From a virus (Duplodnaviria > Caudoviricetes): a DNA stretch of 49,480 nucleotides. Below the pieces are notes generated by a model, which was not told the DNA's origin, did not search any database, and was given only the letters and a program-made list of their open reading frames with translations. The translations under genes were made by a program, and so were the position numbers. Within the stretch, counting starts at the first letter, position 1. The number at the start of each line of letters is the position of its first letter. Below, in pieces: positions 7,327-15,690 of the stretch. The stretch is from IMG/VR virus record IMGVR_UViG_3300030376_002587, positions 1 to 49,480 of that record; one strand, written 5' to 3'.

Positions 7327-9087
7327 ATGAAAAATTTATCAGATTATGGTATCAAATTAAGATACAATTCCGTAGGAAATCAAAAATTAACTTGTCCTCA
7401 ATGTTCACATACACGAAAAAATAAACATGACCTTTGTTTATCCGTAACTGTAAATCAAGATGGTTCATCAGTTTGGAAATGTCATAATTGTGAATGGACT
7501 GGTGGAATAAATAATGAAAACAAAAATTATAATAAAAATTTTAAAATTGTTCCAAAACCATTAAAAAAACCAGACAATATGGATAAACCATATAAATTTT
7601 TTCAAGACAGAGGAATAAGCAACAAAACTGTTGATGATTTTAATATATATGAAAAATTGTTTTACTTTGGGGATGGCAATAAAAAATCAATTGTTTTTCC
7701 ATACTATGAAGATGAAATATTAGTTAATAATAAATATAGAAGTTATGATAAAGAATTTCGTCAAGAGAAAGATGCTAAAAGAACTTTATTCAATATTGAT
7801 AGAGTTAAAAAATATTGGTCTGAAAATAACAAGTTTGTCTTATTTGTTGAGGGCGAAATGGATGCCTTATCATTTTATGAATGTGGCATTGAATATGTTA
7901 CATCGTTGCCAGATGGTGCACCTAAAGAAGCAAAATTTGTAAAAGACGATAAAAGATTTCAAGCCTTAAATAATGCACAATGGTTACATCAAGCAGAAAG
8001 AATTATAATTGCTGTTGACTCTGATGATGCTGGTAATGCTTTGCATTTGGAATTAGTTCATAGATTTGGAAAAGATAAATGTTGGGTTATAGATTGGTCA
8101 GATTATTCTGGTTTTCATGATATAGAAATTAAAGATGCCAATGAATATTTGATGGCACATGGAAAAGATGCACTTCTTGAAATCGTAACTAAATATGTAA
8201 AACCATATCCAGTAGATGGAATTTTTACTGCAAAAGATTATACAACAGAAGTAAAGAATATTTATAATGGTAATATATCAAGACCAGTTTCAACAGGGTT
8301 TAAAAATCTTGATGCAATATATAAAGTAATGCCATCCACATTTACATTGGTTACTGGTGTTCCCAATCATGGTAAATCAAATTTTCTTGACCAACTTTTA
8401 ATTAATTTAAGTCAACAACATAAATGGAAATTTTTGATATTTTCACCAGAACATTCAACAGCAAATCATATAAGAAGGTTATCAGAAAAGATAATAAATA
8501 AACCATTTGATATTGGTCCAAATGAAAGAATGAGTAAAGATGATTTGCAAAGAGCAATGGATTTTCTTGATGATAAATTTTATTTTATAGAGAGCAAAGA
8601 AAATATACCAAATATTGAATGGATATTAAACAGGGCAAAACAAGCTTGTTTTAAATATGGAATAAATGGAATTGTTGTTGACCCATATAATGAGATTGAC
8701 TCAACTAGAAATACTAACAAAAGAGAAGATGAGCATATAAGAGATTTAATTGCACATTGTAAAAAATTTGCAAGAACACATGAAGTAGCTTTTTGGATGG
8801 TAGCACACCCATCAAAGATGCAACGAACACAAGAAGGAGTTATCCCAGTTCCAACTCTTTATGATGTTAGTGGTTCTGCACATTGGAATAATATGAGTGA
8901 TGTTGGTCTTGTTGTTCATAGAGATTTTGAAACTAATCAAACTAGGATTATAACTAGAAAAGTAAGAGAACAAGGATTGTATGGACATATAGGTGAATGT
9001 TTTTTTAAATATGATTTATCAACTCATACATATAAGGAAGATAGAACAATAGAGACTTCGCAAGATTATTATTGGCAACAAGATTAA
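7327..9087 (+). CDS. Bifunctional primase-helicase (T7 gp4/Twinkle-like)
   Basis: Zn finger CPQC...CHNC, TOPRIM FVEGEMD/DSDDAG/KDANE, Walker A GVPNHGKS, Walker B IVVD, VAHP, SGSAHW. Confidence 0.92.
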   Translation: MKNLSDYGIKLRYNSVGNQKLTCPQCSHTRKNKHDLCLSVTVNQDGSSVWKCHNCEWTGGINNENKNYNKNFKIVPKPLKKPDNMDKPYKFFQDRGISNKTVDDFNIYEKLFYFGDGNKKSIVFPYYEDEILVNNKYRSYDKEFRQEKDAKRTLFNIDRVKKYWSENNKFVLFVEGEMDALSFYECGIEYVTSLPDGAPKEAKFVKDDKRFQALNNAQWLHQAERIIIAVDSDDAGNALHLELVHRFGKDKCWVIDWSDYSGFHDIEIKDANEYLMAHGKDALLEIVTKYVKPYPVDGIFTAKDYTTEVKNIYNGNISRPVSTGFKNLDAIYKVMPSTFTLVTGVPNHGKSNFLDQLLINLSQQHKWKFLIFSPEHSTANHIRRLSEKIINKPFDIGPNERMSKDDLQRAMDFLDDKFYFIESKENIPNIEWILNRAKQACFKYGINGIVVDPYNEIDSTRNTNKREDEHIRDLIAHCKKFARTHEVAFWMVAHPSKMQRTQEGVIPVPTLYDVSGSAHWNNMSDVGLVVHRDFETNQTRIITRKVREQGLYGHIGECFFKYDLSTHTYKEDRTIETSQDYYWQQD

Positions 9088-9100
9088 AATAATATATAGT
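9072..9100 (+). promoter_or_regulatory. sigma70-like promoter for a small RNA
   Basis: TTGGCA-17-TATAGT; predicted +1 near 9107. Confidence 0.5.
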
Positions 9101-9106
9101 ATATTT

Positions 9107-9182
9107 AACCAAAGTGATTTGGTTTTCATGTTGTTGTTAAAGGGGGGTAACATTTATTTAATTAGGTGTTACCCTTTTTTTT
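9107..9182 (+). ncRNA. Putative antisense sRNA (~76 nt)
   Basis: 5' hairpin AACCAAA-GTGA-TTTGGTT, single-stranded TTCATGTTGTTGTT, then a terminator. Confidence 0.5.
9145..9182 (+). terminator. Rho-independent terminator
   Basis: 12-bp stem GGGTAACATTTA/TAGGTGTTACCC followed by T8. Confidence 0.8.
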
Positions 9183-9257
9183 AGGGGATATAACATACAT
9201 GGAAGTATGTTTTCATGCCTCTAGTGGTCTTTAAAACAAGATTTATTTAGGTATTTT

Positions 9258-9902
9258 ATGTCAAATTACAGTATTGAGCAATTATATGACTTTATAGCAC
9301 CAGAATATGAAAGTCTGCGAAATGAACCAATTAACTATGTAGAAGATGAAATTATATCCAATATGCTTTCAGTTCTAGGTGGTAAGAAAGTTCTTGATGT
9401 TGGATGTGGTACTGGCAATCTAATTACACTTGGTCAATATGAACCAGAACAATATCTTGGTATTGATATAAGTGCAAACATGATTAAAGAAGCAAAAAGA
9501 TTTTATCCAAATTATAATTTTAAAAAACATGATGCTAGAGAAAAGATAAAAGGTAAATATGATTTGATAGTTTCTATATTTGGGCAAATCAATTATTTTG
9601 GTATTGATGAATGGTTAAATATTATAAAAAGAAATCTTAGTAAGAATGGTAATTTTTATTCAATAATGTATAGCAATACATATAAACCAAATTATGTAAA
9701 TGGTCATGCAATACAATATTCCGTTGATGACATAAAGGGAAAACTAGAGCATCTTGGAATATTGCATCGCATTGTTGGTCTGTCTTTCTCGTCTGATAGT
9801 GGGAAAACATTTAGACAAGAGTTACAATTCCAACAGACCATCATGGAACTTAATCAAACAATCGGTTGTCGATATTGGGTAATTTTGGGGAAGAATGTTT
9901 AA
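9258..9902 (+). CDS. Class I SAM-dependent methyltransferase
   Basis: YDFIAPEY, VLDVGCGTG, GIDISANM, YDLIVS. No DPPY/NPPY or PC DNA-MTase motif. Confidence 0.85.
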   Translation: MSNYSIEQLYDFIAPEYESLRNEPINYVEDEIISNMLSVLGGKKVLDVGCGTGNLITLGQYEPEQYLGIDISANMIKEAKRFYPNYNFKKHDAREKIKGKYDLIVSIFGQINYFGIDEWLNIIKRNLSKNGNFYSIMYSNTYKPNYVNGHAIQYSVDDIKGKLEHLGILHRIVGLSFSSDSGKTFRQELQFQQTIMELNQTIGCRYWVILGKNV

Positions 9903-10338
9903 ATCTTTGTGGCACTCTCCCATTTCCAGTATCGTGATTATAAGAATGTTCCAATGCCTCAGTTAGATAATTCATATCTAAACCGAAGTCCTTGTATCCT
10001 TGTTTAATGACATTATAGTACATTTCCATAGGTGGATTTATATTATAACTATTCATTTTATAGGATAGCATTCTTTCATTACTTGGTGTTTTAAAATATA
10101 TCTTTCCATAGAGAGTTGGATAACCCTCGTATCTATCTAATGCTTCTTCACAATCATCAGTTATTTTCCAAATGCCTACAGGCACAGATGAATTAGCATC
10201 TTCTATAATATCAGCAACCCCTTTGAAAACAAGTTTCCATCCTTTTAAATTTAATGTTCCATAAGGTTTTGCTTTTGGACATCTAAGTTGCATTTGTTCA
10301 ATATTGAGATTGCTCCCATATCCTAAATAAAGTTTCAT
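9850..10338 (-). CDS. Gamma-glutamylcyclotransferase (GGCT/AIG2-like)
   Basis: YLGYGSNLN, RCPKA, ALDRYEGYP...Y. Confidence 0.88.
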   Translation of the reverse strand: MKLYLGYGSNLNIEQMQLRCPKAKPYGTLNLKGWKLVFKGVADIIEDANSSVPVGIWKITDDCEEALDRYEGYPTLYGKIYFKTPSNERMLSYKMNSYNINPPMEMYYNVIKQGYKDFGLDMNYLTEALEHSYNHDTGNGRVPQRFKHSSPKLPNIDNRLFD

Positions 10339-11381
10339 ATTGTTGTCCTCCCTTCAAGAGTTGCAAAGTGATTGTGTCTATCTACAAGATAGGTTCTAGT
10401 TGGAGTATCTATCCCTGAGTAAAAATTCTCTGGTTCTTGGTTCTCCAAATTGAAAGTTGAATTATAAAAAAGTACAAAATCAGAATTTAAAACAAATTCT
10501 TCACTCTTTATGTATTGTCCATGAAAATAAAAATTAGTTAATTCTTCAGAAGTTTTTGTAAATTGTAATTCATTATTCTCATTCAAGAAATTCCATTTTT
10601 GTCCGCCAGAGTATTTAACATTCCATCCTTTTTTAGCAAATAACATTTTGATTTCCCCAAAAGAATTAGAAGTATTTTTTCTATGGGTTTTTCTAATGTC
10701 AGAAGTTCTGTCATTGTTAATAGTCTCATTTACAAATCCTACAAGAAATGAAAGCCAATTTAAAATCTTTGTGTGGTCCATTGTACCAGAGTGTTGTCTA
10801 AATTCTAAAGTTCCATATTTTCTCAAACTCTCAAGATTTATTTTCTTATATCTAGTCCTTAACAATGACCACATTCCTCTCAAACTTCCATCATAATTAT
10901 TGACTCTTCTTACATCATTTCTTGAAATTTCAAGGCAATACATATTATTGCTATCTCTTCTTGATATAGGCATAATCAAATCAATATCATTTTTATAGTC
11001 AAAATATCTTTGAAAAATCTTTTTGATTTGTTCTGTAGTCATTCCATCCCATTTAAGATGAATATGAAGTCCACAAGTTCTGTTAACTTCTATATTTTGC
11101 ATTCTGTTAAGTGATTGACAAATTCTAGTAATTTGGTCAAAAACATTTTCTTGATTTAAAATTGGTGATACAAGTTCTGCACCATTTGTTGAACCATCTC
11201 TCACAATTTTCCAATAAGGAGTTGTATTATGAGTATATCCAACATCATTAAATTCAATATCAGTAATTTCATTTCTTAAATGATTAAGAACATTTTGATT
11301 TGACTCTCTGACAGTTTCAATTTCAATTCCAATTGTCATTCCTAAATCTTCAATTATGTTTTTAATATTTAAATTTTCCAT
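10335..11381 (-). CDS. Putative amidoligase (Amidoligase_2, COOH-NH2 ligase)
   Basis: GIEIE, KIVRDGS, ELVSPIL, CGLHIH, RYKKIN, GTLEFRQHSGT. Confidence 0.88.
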   Translation of the reverse strand: MENLNIKNIIEDLGMTIGIEIETVRESNQNVLNHLRNEITDIEFNDVGYTHNTTPYWKIVRDGSTNGAELVSPILNQENVFDQITRICQSLNRMQNIEVNRTCGLHIHLKWDGMTTEQIKKIFQRYFDYKNDIDLIMPISRRDSNNMYCLEISRNDVRRVNNYDGSLRGMWSLLRTRYKKINLESLRKYGTLEFRQHSGTMDHTKILNWLSFLVGFVNETINNDRTSDIRKTHRKNTSNSFGEIKMLFAKKGWNVKYSGGQKWNFLNENNELQFTKTSEELTNFYFHGQYIKSEEFVLNSDFVLFYNSTFNLENQEPENFYSGIDTPTRTYLVDRHNHFATLEGRTTI

Positions 11382-11414
11382 TTTTTTGTTTTCCCTAAAT
11401 CTTTATTATGATTA

Positions 11415-11444
11415 ACAGTAACATAATAATTTACTCTTGTAAAC
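11415..11444 (-). promoter_or_regulatory. sigma70-like early promoter
   Basis: gTTTACA aga GTAAAT tattatgt TACTGT (17-bp spacer); GGGAAAAC leader. Confidence 0.65.
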
Positions 11445-11506
11445 ATCTTTTTTAAAAAAAAACAACTATTTATCTATATTATTGATTTTATTGAAAAAAA
11501 ATATGT

Positions 11507-11536
11507 GTTGACAATGGGAAACATAAGTGATACTAT
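11507..11536 (+). promoter_or_regulatory. sigma70-like early promoter (divergent pair)
   Basis: gTTGACA atg GGAAAC ataagtga TACTAT (17-bp spacer). Confidence 0.75.
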
Positions 11537-11569
11537 AAGAAATAATTAATTTTTTTGGAGAACAACAAC

Positions 11570-12145
11570 ATGGATAAAAAAGAAAAAAAATTAATCAAAA
11601 GAATTGATATGGCACTTCATGTTCAAGAACTTTGTGCTGAACATAAAATTACTGTTGACTATCAATCTTTAGATGAAAATGTACCTAGATACATGGCTAA
11701 TATAAATGCAAAAAGAATTCGCATAAGACCTACAAAAAATACAGGTTATTATGTTTCTGCTCTGCATGAGATTGGTCATGTTGTTTGTCAAAACAGAAGC
11801 AAACTAATCAATGGGTCATATATTTATGATTTGAATAATGACTCAAATGATGAAGATATGACTTTATCATATACAGCAAATGCTAATTCAAGAATAGAAT
11901 GTGAATTACAAGCATGGATTTATGCTTTCTCAAATGCTCTTACATGGACAACAACTGCTGAAAGAATAATGAGAAGAGCAATGGACTCTTATGGATGGAG
12001 ACAACCACATAAAGACTTGTGGAGCCAATTGACAGGCATTCCATTTGAAGAGGGAGAGATTGCAATTGCTGAAGAGGTAAATATTCTTCAACAATCTATA
12101 AGCCATGAAAAAGAAACTTCTAAAAGGATATTGGCTTATGGATAA
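11570..12145 (+). CDS. Putative zincin metallopeptidase (ImmA/IrrE-like HExxH)
   Basis: ALHEIGH plus downstream ExQAW; SD GGAG. Confidence 0.6.
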   Translation: MDKKEKKLIKRIDMALHVQELCAEHKITVDYQSLDENVPRYMANINAKRIRIRPTKNTGYYVSALHEIGHVVCQNRSKLINGSYIYDLNNDSNDEDMTLSYTANANSRIECELQAWIYAFSNALTWTTTAERIMRRAMDSYGWRQPHKDLWSQLTGIPFEEGEIAIAEEVNILQQSISHEKETSKRILAYG

Positions 12146-13391
12146 TATATTATTTGCAAATCAAGTTCTTGCTGGATTATCTAATCCGGCAAGGGGTCTT
12201 GTTGCCTTCTGTACAAAAAGGAGAGCTGGTAATCGAGATAGTAATTCAAATGCAGAAATGTCAAGAAGAAAAAATATGCGAGATATTGCTGATGCTCAAA
12301 AATTTTATGTCGATAGAGAACTTGTAAAAACTGCTGTTCAATTATCATTTTCAAAACCAAAAGAATTTATTGAATTAGTACAAAGAGCAAAACCATGTTT
12401 CAATAATCTCTGGTTAGAATGGGATGAAGAATATAGAGTTGATTGTTTGAAAGAAGAAGTATTGAAAACACTTGACCCAAAATATCATGAAATAATTGAC
12501 CCATCAAATAACAAGATGGAAAAAATTGGTTATCATATTCAACAACTACATGGCAAACCATTCTATACAATGTATGGTGCTGATAGAAAATTTGAACATA
12601 ACAAAATCTATATATCAAGAACTGGATTTTATTTTACCAATGATGAACATTTATTATCAGACGAATTTAAAGAAAGAGTTGATTATGACAGAAATAACCC
12701 ATCTTGGTTAACTGAAGATAGATACAAAATAATTGGTAAGATGATGGGTAAATCCTATGTTGCTCATTATTTTAATTCATTAGGTTTGTTTGAGGAATAT
12801 GTAAGTAGAACCCTTTATGACAAAGTTACTAAAATTCCAAATGAATTACTTACATCAAAAGACAATTTGGATTTGAAAAGGGTCATGGATTTTTGCTTGG
12901 ATAGATTTGAAACTGCTCAATCAATAGGGCAAGAAATGTTTTTGACAGATAAACAATTTGCCACAGGGTATGATTTCCATGAAATGTCAACAATTGTTGA
13001 TGGAGAAACAACTGCAATGGACGGAGATTTGAGATTTCTTGTTTGTGTTTTAGGATTACTAAATTATGACCACATCAAATACAATGATGCCAAGACAAGT
13101 CCAAAGATAAGACATTTAAGATATGGTGTTCAAGCACCTAAACATTCTTACAAACTTATCACAATTGATTTACCTCATAACATCAGAAAAGTTTACAAAG
13201 GAATAACTACAGGTATGGGAAGTCCAAAGGCTGAACACATGAGAAGAGGACATTGGAGATTAACTAAATACAAAGATGGTACGACCAAGAGAATTTGGAT
13301 TAAACCAATGAAGGTTGGGAATAAAGAATTTGGAACTATTGAACACGATTATATTTTAAGAGGTAGAAAAAGAGATAAATTGTTGACATAA
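12138..13391 (+). CDS. Conserved phage protein of unknown function
   Basis: C-terminal H-x-RRGHWR...IWIKP..VG motif typical of phage hypotheticals. Confidence 0.7.
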   Translation: MDNILFANQVLAGLSNPARGLVAFCTKRRAGNRDSNSNAEMSRRKNMRDIADAQKFYVDRELVKTAVQLSFSKPKEFIELVQRAKPCFNNLWLEWDEEYRVDCLKEEVLKTLDPKYHEIIDPSNNKMEKIGYHIQQLHGKPFYTMYGADRKFEHNKIYISRTGFYFTNDEHLLSDEFKERVDYDRNNPSWLTEDRYKIIGKMMGKSYVAHYFNSLGLFEEYVSRTLYDKVTKIPNELLTSKDNLDLKRVMDFCLDRFETAQSIGQEMFLTDKQFATGYDFHEMSTIVDGETTAMDGDLRFLVCVLGLLNYDHIKYNDAKTSPKIRHLRYGVQAPKHSYKLITIDLPHNIRKVYKGITTGMGSPKAEHMRRGHWRLTKYKDGTTKRIWIKPMKVGNKEFGTIEHDYILRGRKRDKLLT

Positions 13392-13411
13392 GTAAACAGA
13401 CATGATACAAA
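13382..13411 (+). promoter_or_regulatory. sigma70-like early promoter
   Basis: gTTGACA taa GTAAAC agacatga TACAAA (17-bp spacer). Confidence 0.6.
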
Positions 13412-13429
13412 TAATAATAAACAACAACT

Positions 13430-13666
13430 ATGAAAGATAAAAAAATGAAACTAAATTATGTAGAAAAATTAGATAAAATTTTGTCAGATTGTGGATATGT
13501 TCACACTTATGCAGAAGTATCTGGTCTTGAAGAAGTATACATTATTCAAAAAGATGGCACTTGTATTTTCAATGATTTTGTTTTGAATAAAGAAGAATAC
13601 AAAAGAGAAAGATTAAAACTTCTTGATATTTACAAATACAAAAAAGAACATACGAGGTATTTGTAA
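13430..13666 (+). CDS. Hypothetical protein
   Basis: AACAACAAC leader. Confidence 0.6.
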   Translation: MKDKKMKLNYVEKLDKILSDCGYVHTYAEVSGLEEVYIIQKDGTCIFNDFVLNKEEYKRERLKLLDIYKYKKEHTRYL

Positions 13667-14178
13667 TGAATAGATTTATCATTGAAAGAAACCCACGATT
13701 AATTGCTAAATCATTATGCGACCAACACATTGTAAAAATGCCAACAGAAGAAGCACAGATGTTGTGTACTACAATCTGGCATTATGCACCAGATTATGCA
13801 GAAGAACACAATCTATATAAACCAGTACATCAAAAACATCCATGTACTTTATGGGCAATGGAAAATGCTTCTAACTTCTATTTTGCTCATCAACTTTATG
13901 TTTGGATGTGTCAAGAGTATACTATTAGATACAATAAAATACATGGTGCAAGTAAACATTATGTTTCATTGTTTAATGCTATGAAATTTTTACCAGAAGG
14001 GGAACAAACTCAACACCCTCAATGTTTTGGCAAATATGAGATATTAAAGACTGAAGAGTTTTATCCTATCAATGCTTACAGAATGTTTTATGTGTATGAC
14101 AAAACATTTGCTAGATACAACAATGGTAGAGATAGACCAGAATGGTTTATTGATTGTTCTTCTTTGACCAAGCACTAG
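13666..14178 (+). CDS. Pyrimidine-dimer DNA glycosylase (DenV/endonuclease V)-like protein
   Basis: MNxF, DQHIVKMPxExAQML, HPCTLW, AYRxFY pattern. Confidence 0.65.
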   Translation: MNRFIIERNPRLIAKSLCDQHIVKMPTEEAQMLCTTIWHYAPDYAEEHNLYKPVHQKHPCTLWAMENASNFYFAHQLYVWMCQEYTIRYNKIHGASKHYVSLFNAMKFLPEGEQTQHPQCFGKYEILKTEEFYPINAYRMFYVYDKTFARYNNGRDRPEWFIDCSSLTKH

Positions 14179-14473
14179 TTGCCATAAATGTTGCAAGTAT
14201 ACCAAGATTTGCAACAACGAAGGTAGATATTAAAGAAGTACATAATTGAACTCTTGTATTTGGTATTATAGGACTTAGAACTAACAATATAACTCCTATA
14301 ACACTAATCATTGAAACCCATGCCATCATTCTGATTTGGTCATCTTTTTTATCATTATTTTCAAGACGAGTTAATCTTTCTGCTAATTCTAATTCATCAT
14401 CATCAACAATGCCATCATTGTTAAGGTCTAAATCATTATACTTTGATTTTGTTTGTAATTTTTTTTGTGTCAT
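14147..14473 (-). CDS. Membrane protein with EF-hand-like loop and 2 TM
   Basis: DLNNDGIVDDDE followed by two hydrophobic helices. Confidence 0.65.
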   Translation of the reverse strand: MTQKKLQTKSKYNDLDLNNDGIVDDDELELAERLTRLENNDKKDDQIRMMAWVSMISVIGVILLVLSPIIPNTRVQLCTSLISTFVVANLGILATFMATSAWSKKNNQ

Positions 14474-14769
14474 TTAAAACTGTCCTTTATACTTCTAATT
14501 ACATTTTTTAATGTAAATGGTTTTTCATTTGGTCTGTATTTACATTTTATTTGTCTTGGACATTCACCAGCACCAATTGGTACATATTCATTCCATTGAG
14601 TATAATTAGCACCAACATAAATACAAACCCTTGTTTTGTTTTCTAGTAATTGTTTAGCTAACCTACAAGTAGTATGCTCTTTATCTCTAGCAAAAGTTAC
14701 AATTGCTAAAAATGATATTACACAAAAGAAAATTAAAAAATAATAAATAATATTATAAAGCATAATCAT
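14470..14769 (-). CDS. Membrane-anchored Cys-containing hypothetical protein
   Basis: N-terminal TM; four downstream Cys. Confidence 0.65.
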   Translation of the reverse strand: MIMLYNIIYYFLIFFCVISFLAIVTFARDKEHTTCRLAKQLLENKTRVCIYVGANYTQWNEYVPIGAGECPRQIKCKYRPNEKPFTLKNVIRSIKDSFK

Positions 14770-15251
14770 TAACTAACACTCATGGTAATTAACCAAATCA
14801 TCCATCCAAGAGCACTTACACCCACAAGACAAGCTAATCCCATAATCGTATAATCTCTAATCATTCGTTTTTGCTCTGCTCTAGCATAAATTGCCTCTTG
14901 TCTTGCTTTTCTTATTCTGCCTTCTTCTCTTAACAAACCTTCCCAACCAGCAAGACCATAATGACCAACAATCCAGTTTTTAAGTTCTTCTCTTTGTTTC
15001 TGAACTTTTATTTTTGCACTATAACTTTTCATAGCAACTTCTTCGACAGAACCATTAAATAATTTGTCAAAGGTTGACGGATTACTAGAACTCTTATTTA
15101 TATTATCAATATCAGAAACAGCACCCATCCATTTACCAATGGTTTCAGACATTTCTTCAATATCTTTTCCATGTTGGATAAGTTTTTTTATTTGTGAATA
15201 TGTTTGACTAGCAACTGTAACAGCAGTGCCTAACGTAATTGGGTCTATCAT
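14769..15251 (-). CDS. Hypothetical membrane protein (C-terminal TM)
   Basis: MIDPIT start, coiled coil, TM; SD GAGG. Confidence 0.7.
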   Translation of the reverse strand: MIDPITLGTAVTVASQTYSQIKKLIQHGKDIEEMSETIGKWMGAVSDIDNINKSSSNPSTFDKLFNGSVEEVAMKSYSAKIKVQKQREELKNWIVGHYGLAGWEGLLREEGRIRKARQEAIYARAEQKRMIRDYTIMGLACLVGVSALGWMIWLITMSVS

Positions 15252-15281
15252 AATCCTCTCTATGACAACCCATCTGGGTTA

Positions 15282-15617
15282 TTAGTATACTTCTGTAATT
15301 ATTAAAGGTGGTTTATAAGTTTCTAAAATTTTCTTTTTTAATTTATAAACTGGTGTCCTTGTTGCTTTTGATTTTACATCTTCCAATATATAGGTATTTG
15401 TAGTTTTATCAAGATATTTAAAGTCGCCAATGTAATGTCCAATTTGTTTTCCATTGACTATTAATGGTATTCTAGGTTGGCATTCAAGTTGGTTTATAAC
15501 TCCGATTTTTTGCATTTGTTGAAGTTCTAAATATCTATTTGCTTCTTTTTTTGAATCAAAAGTTATATTATCTATTTTTGTTTTTACTGCATTGAATTTA
15601 TTATATTTTTTATACAT
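15282..15617 (-). CDS. DUF1064-family PD-(D/E)XK endonuclease
   Basis: FDSKKEANRY, YIGDF, EDVKS, YKLKKK. Confidence 0.85.
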   Translation of the reverse strand: MYKKYNKFNAVKTKIDNITFDSKKEANRYLELQQMQKIGVINQLECQPRIPLIVNGKQIGHYIGDFKYLDKTTNTYILEDVKSKATRTPVYKLKKKILETYKPPLIITEVY

Positions 15618-15625
15618 TTTTTTTA

Positions 15626-15654
15626 TTTACATTTATGAAATTGTATTATATAGT
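15626..15654 (+). promoter_or_regulatory. sigma70-like promoter of the recombination operon
   Basis: TTTACA-17-TATAGT, overlapping a GTAAAC. Confidence 0.55.
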
Positions 15655-15690
15655 AAACACAGAATGAACCTACGAGGTTGGAGATAAATT

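Noticed and set aside
9019-9129. Minus-strand 36-aa hydrophobic ORF (MKTKSLWLNILYIILILLPIIIL...) behind an AACAACAACATG leader, resembling a type I toxin
   Set aside because: No SD or promoter seen on the minus strand, and it overlaps the helicase 3' end in antisense. Kept only as an alternative to the sRNA reading.
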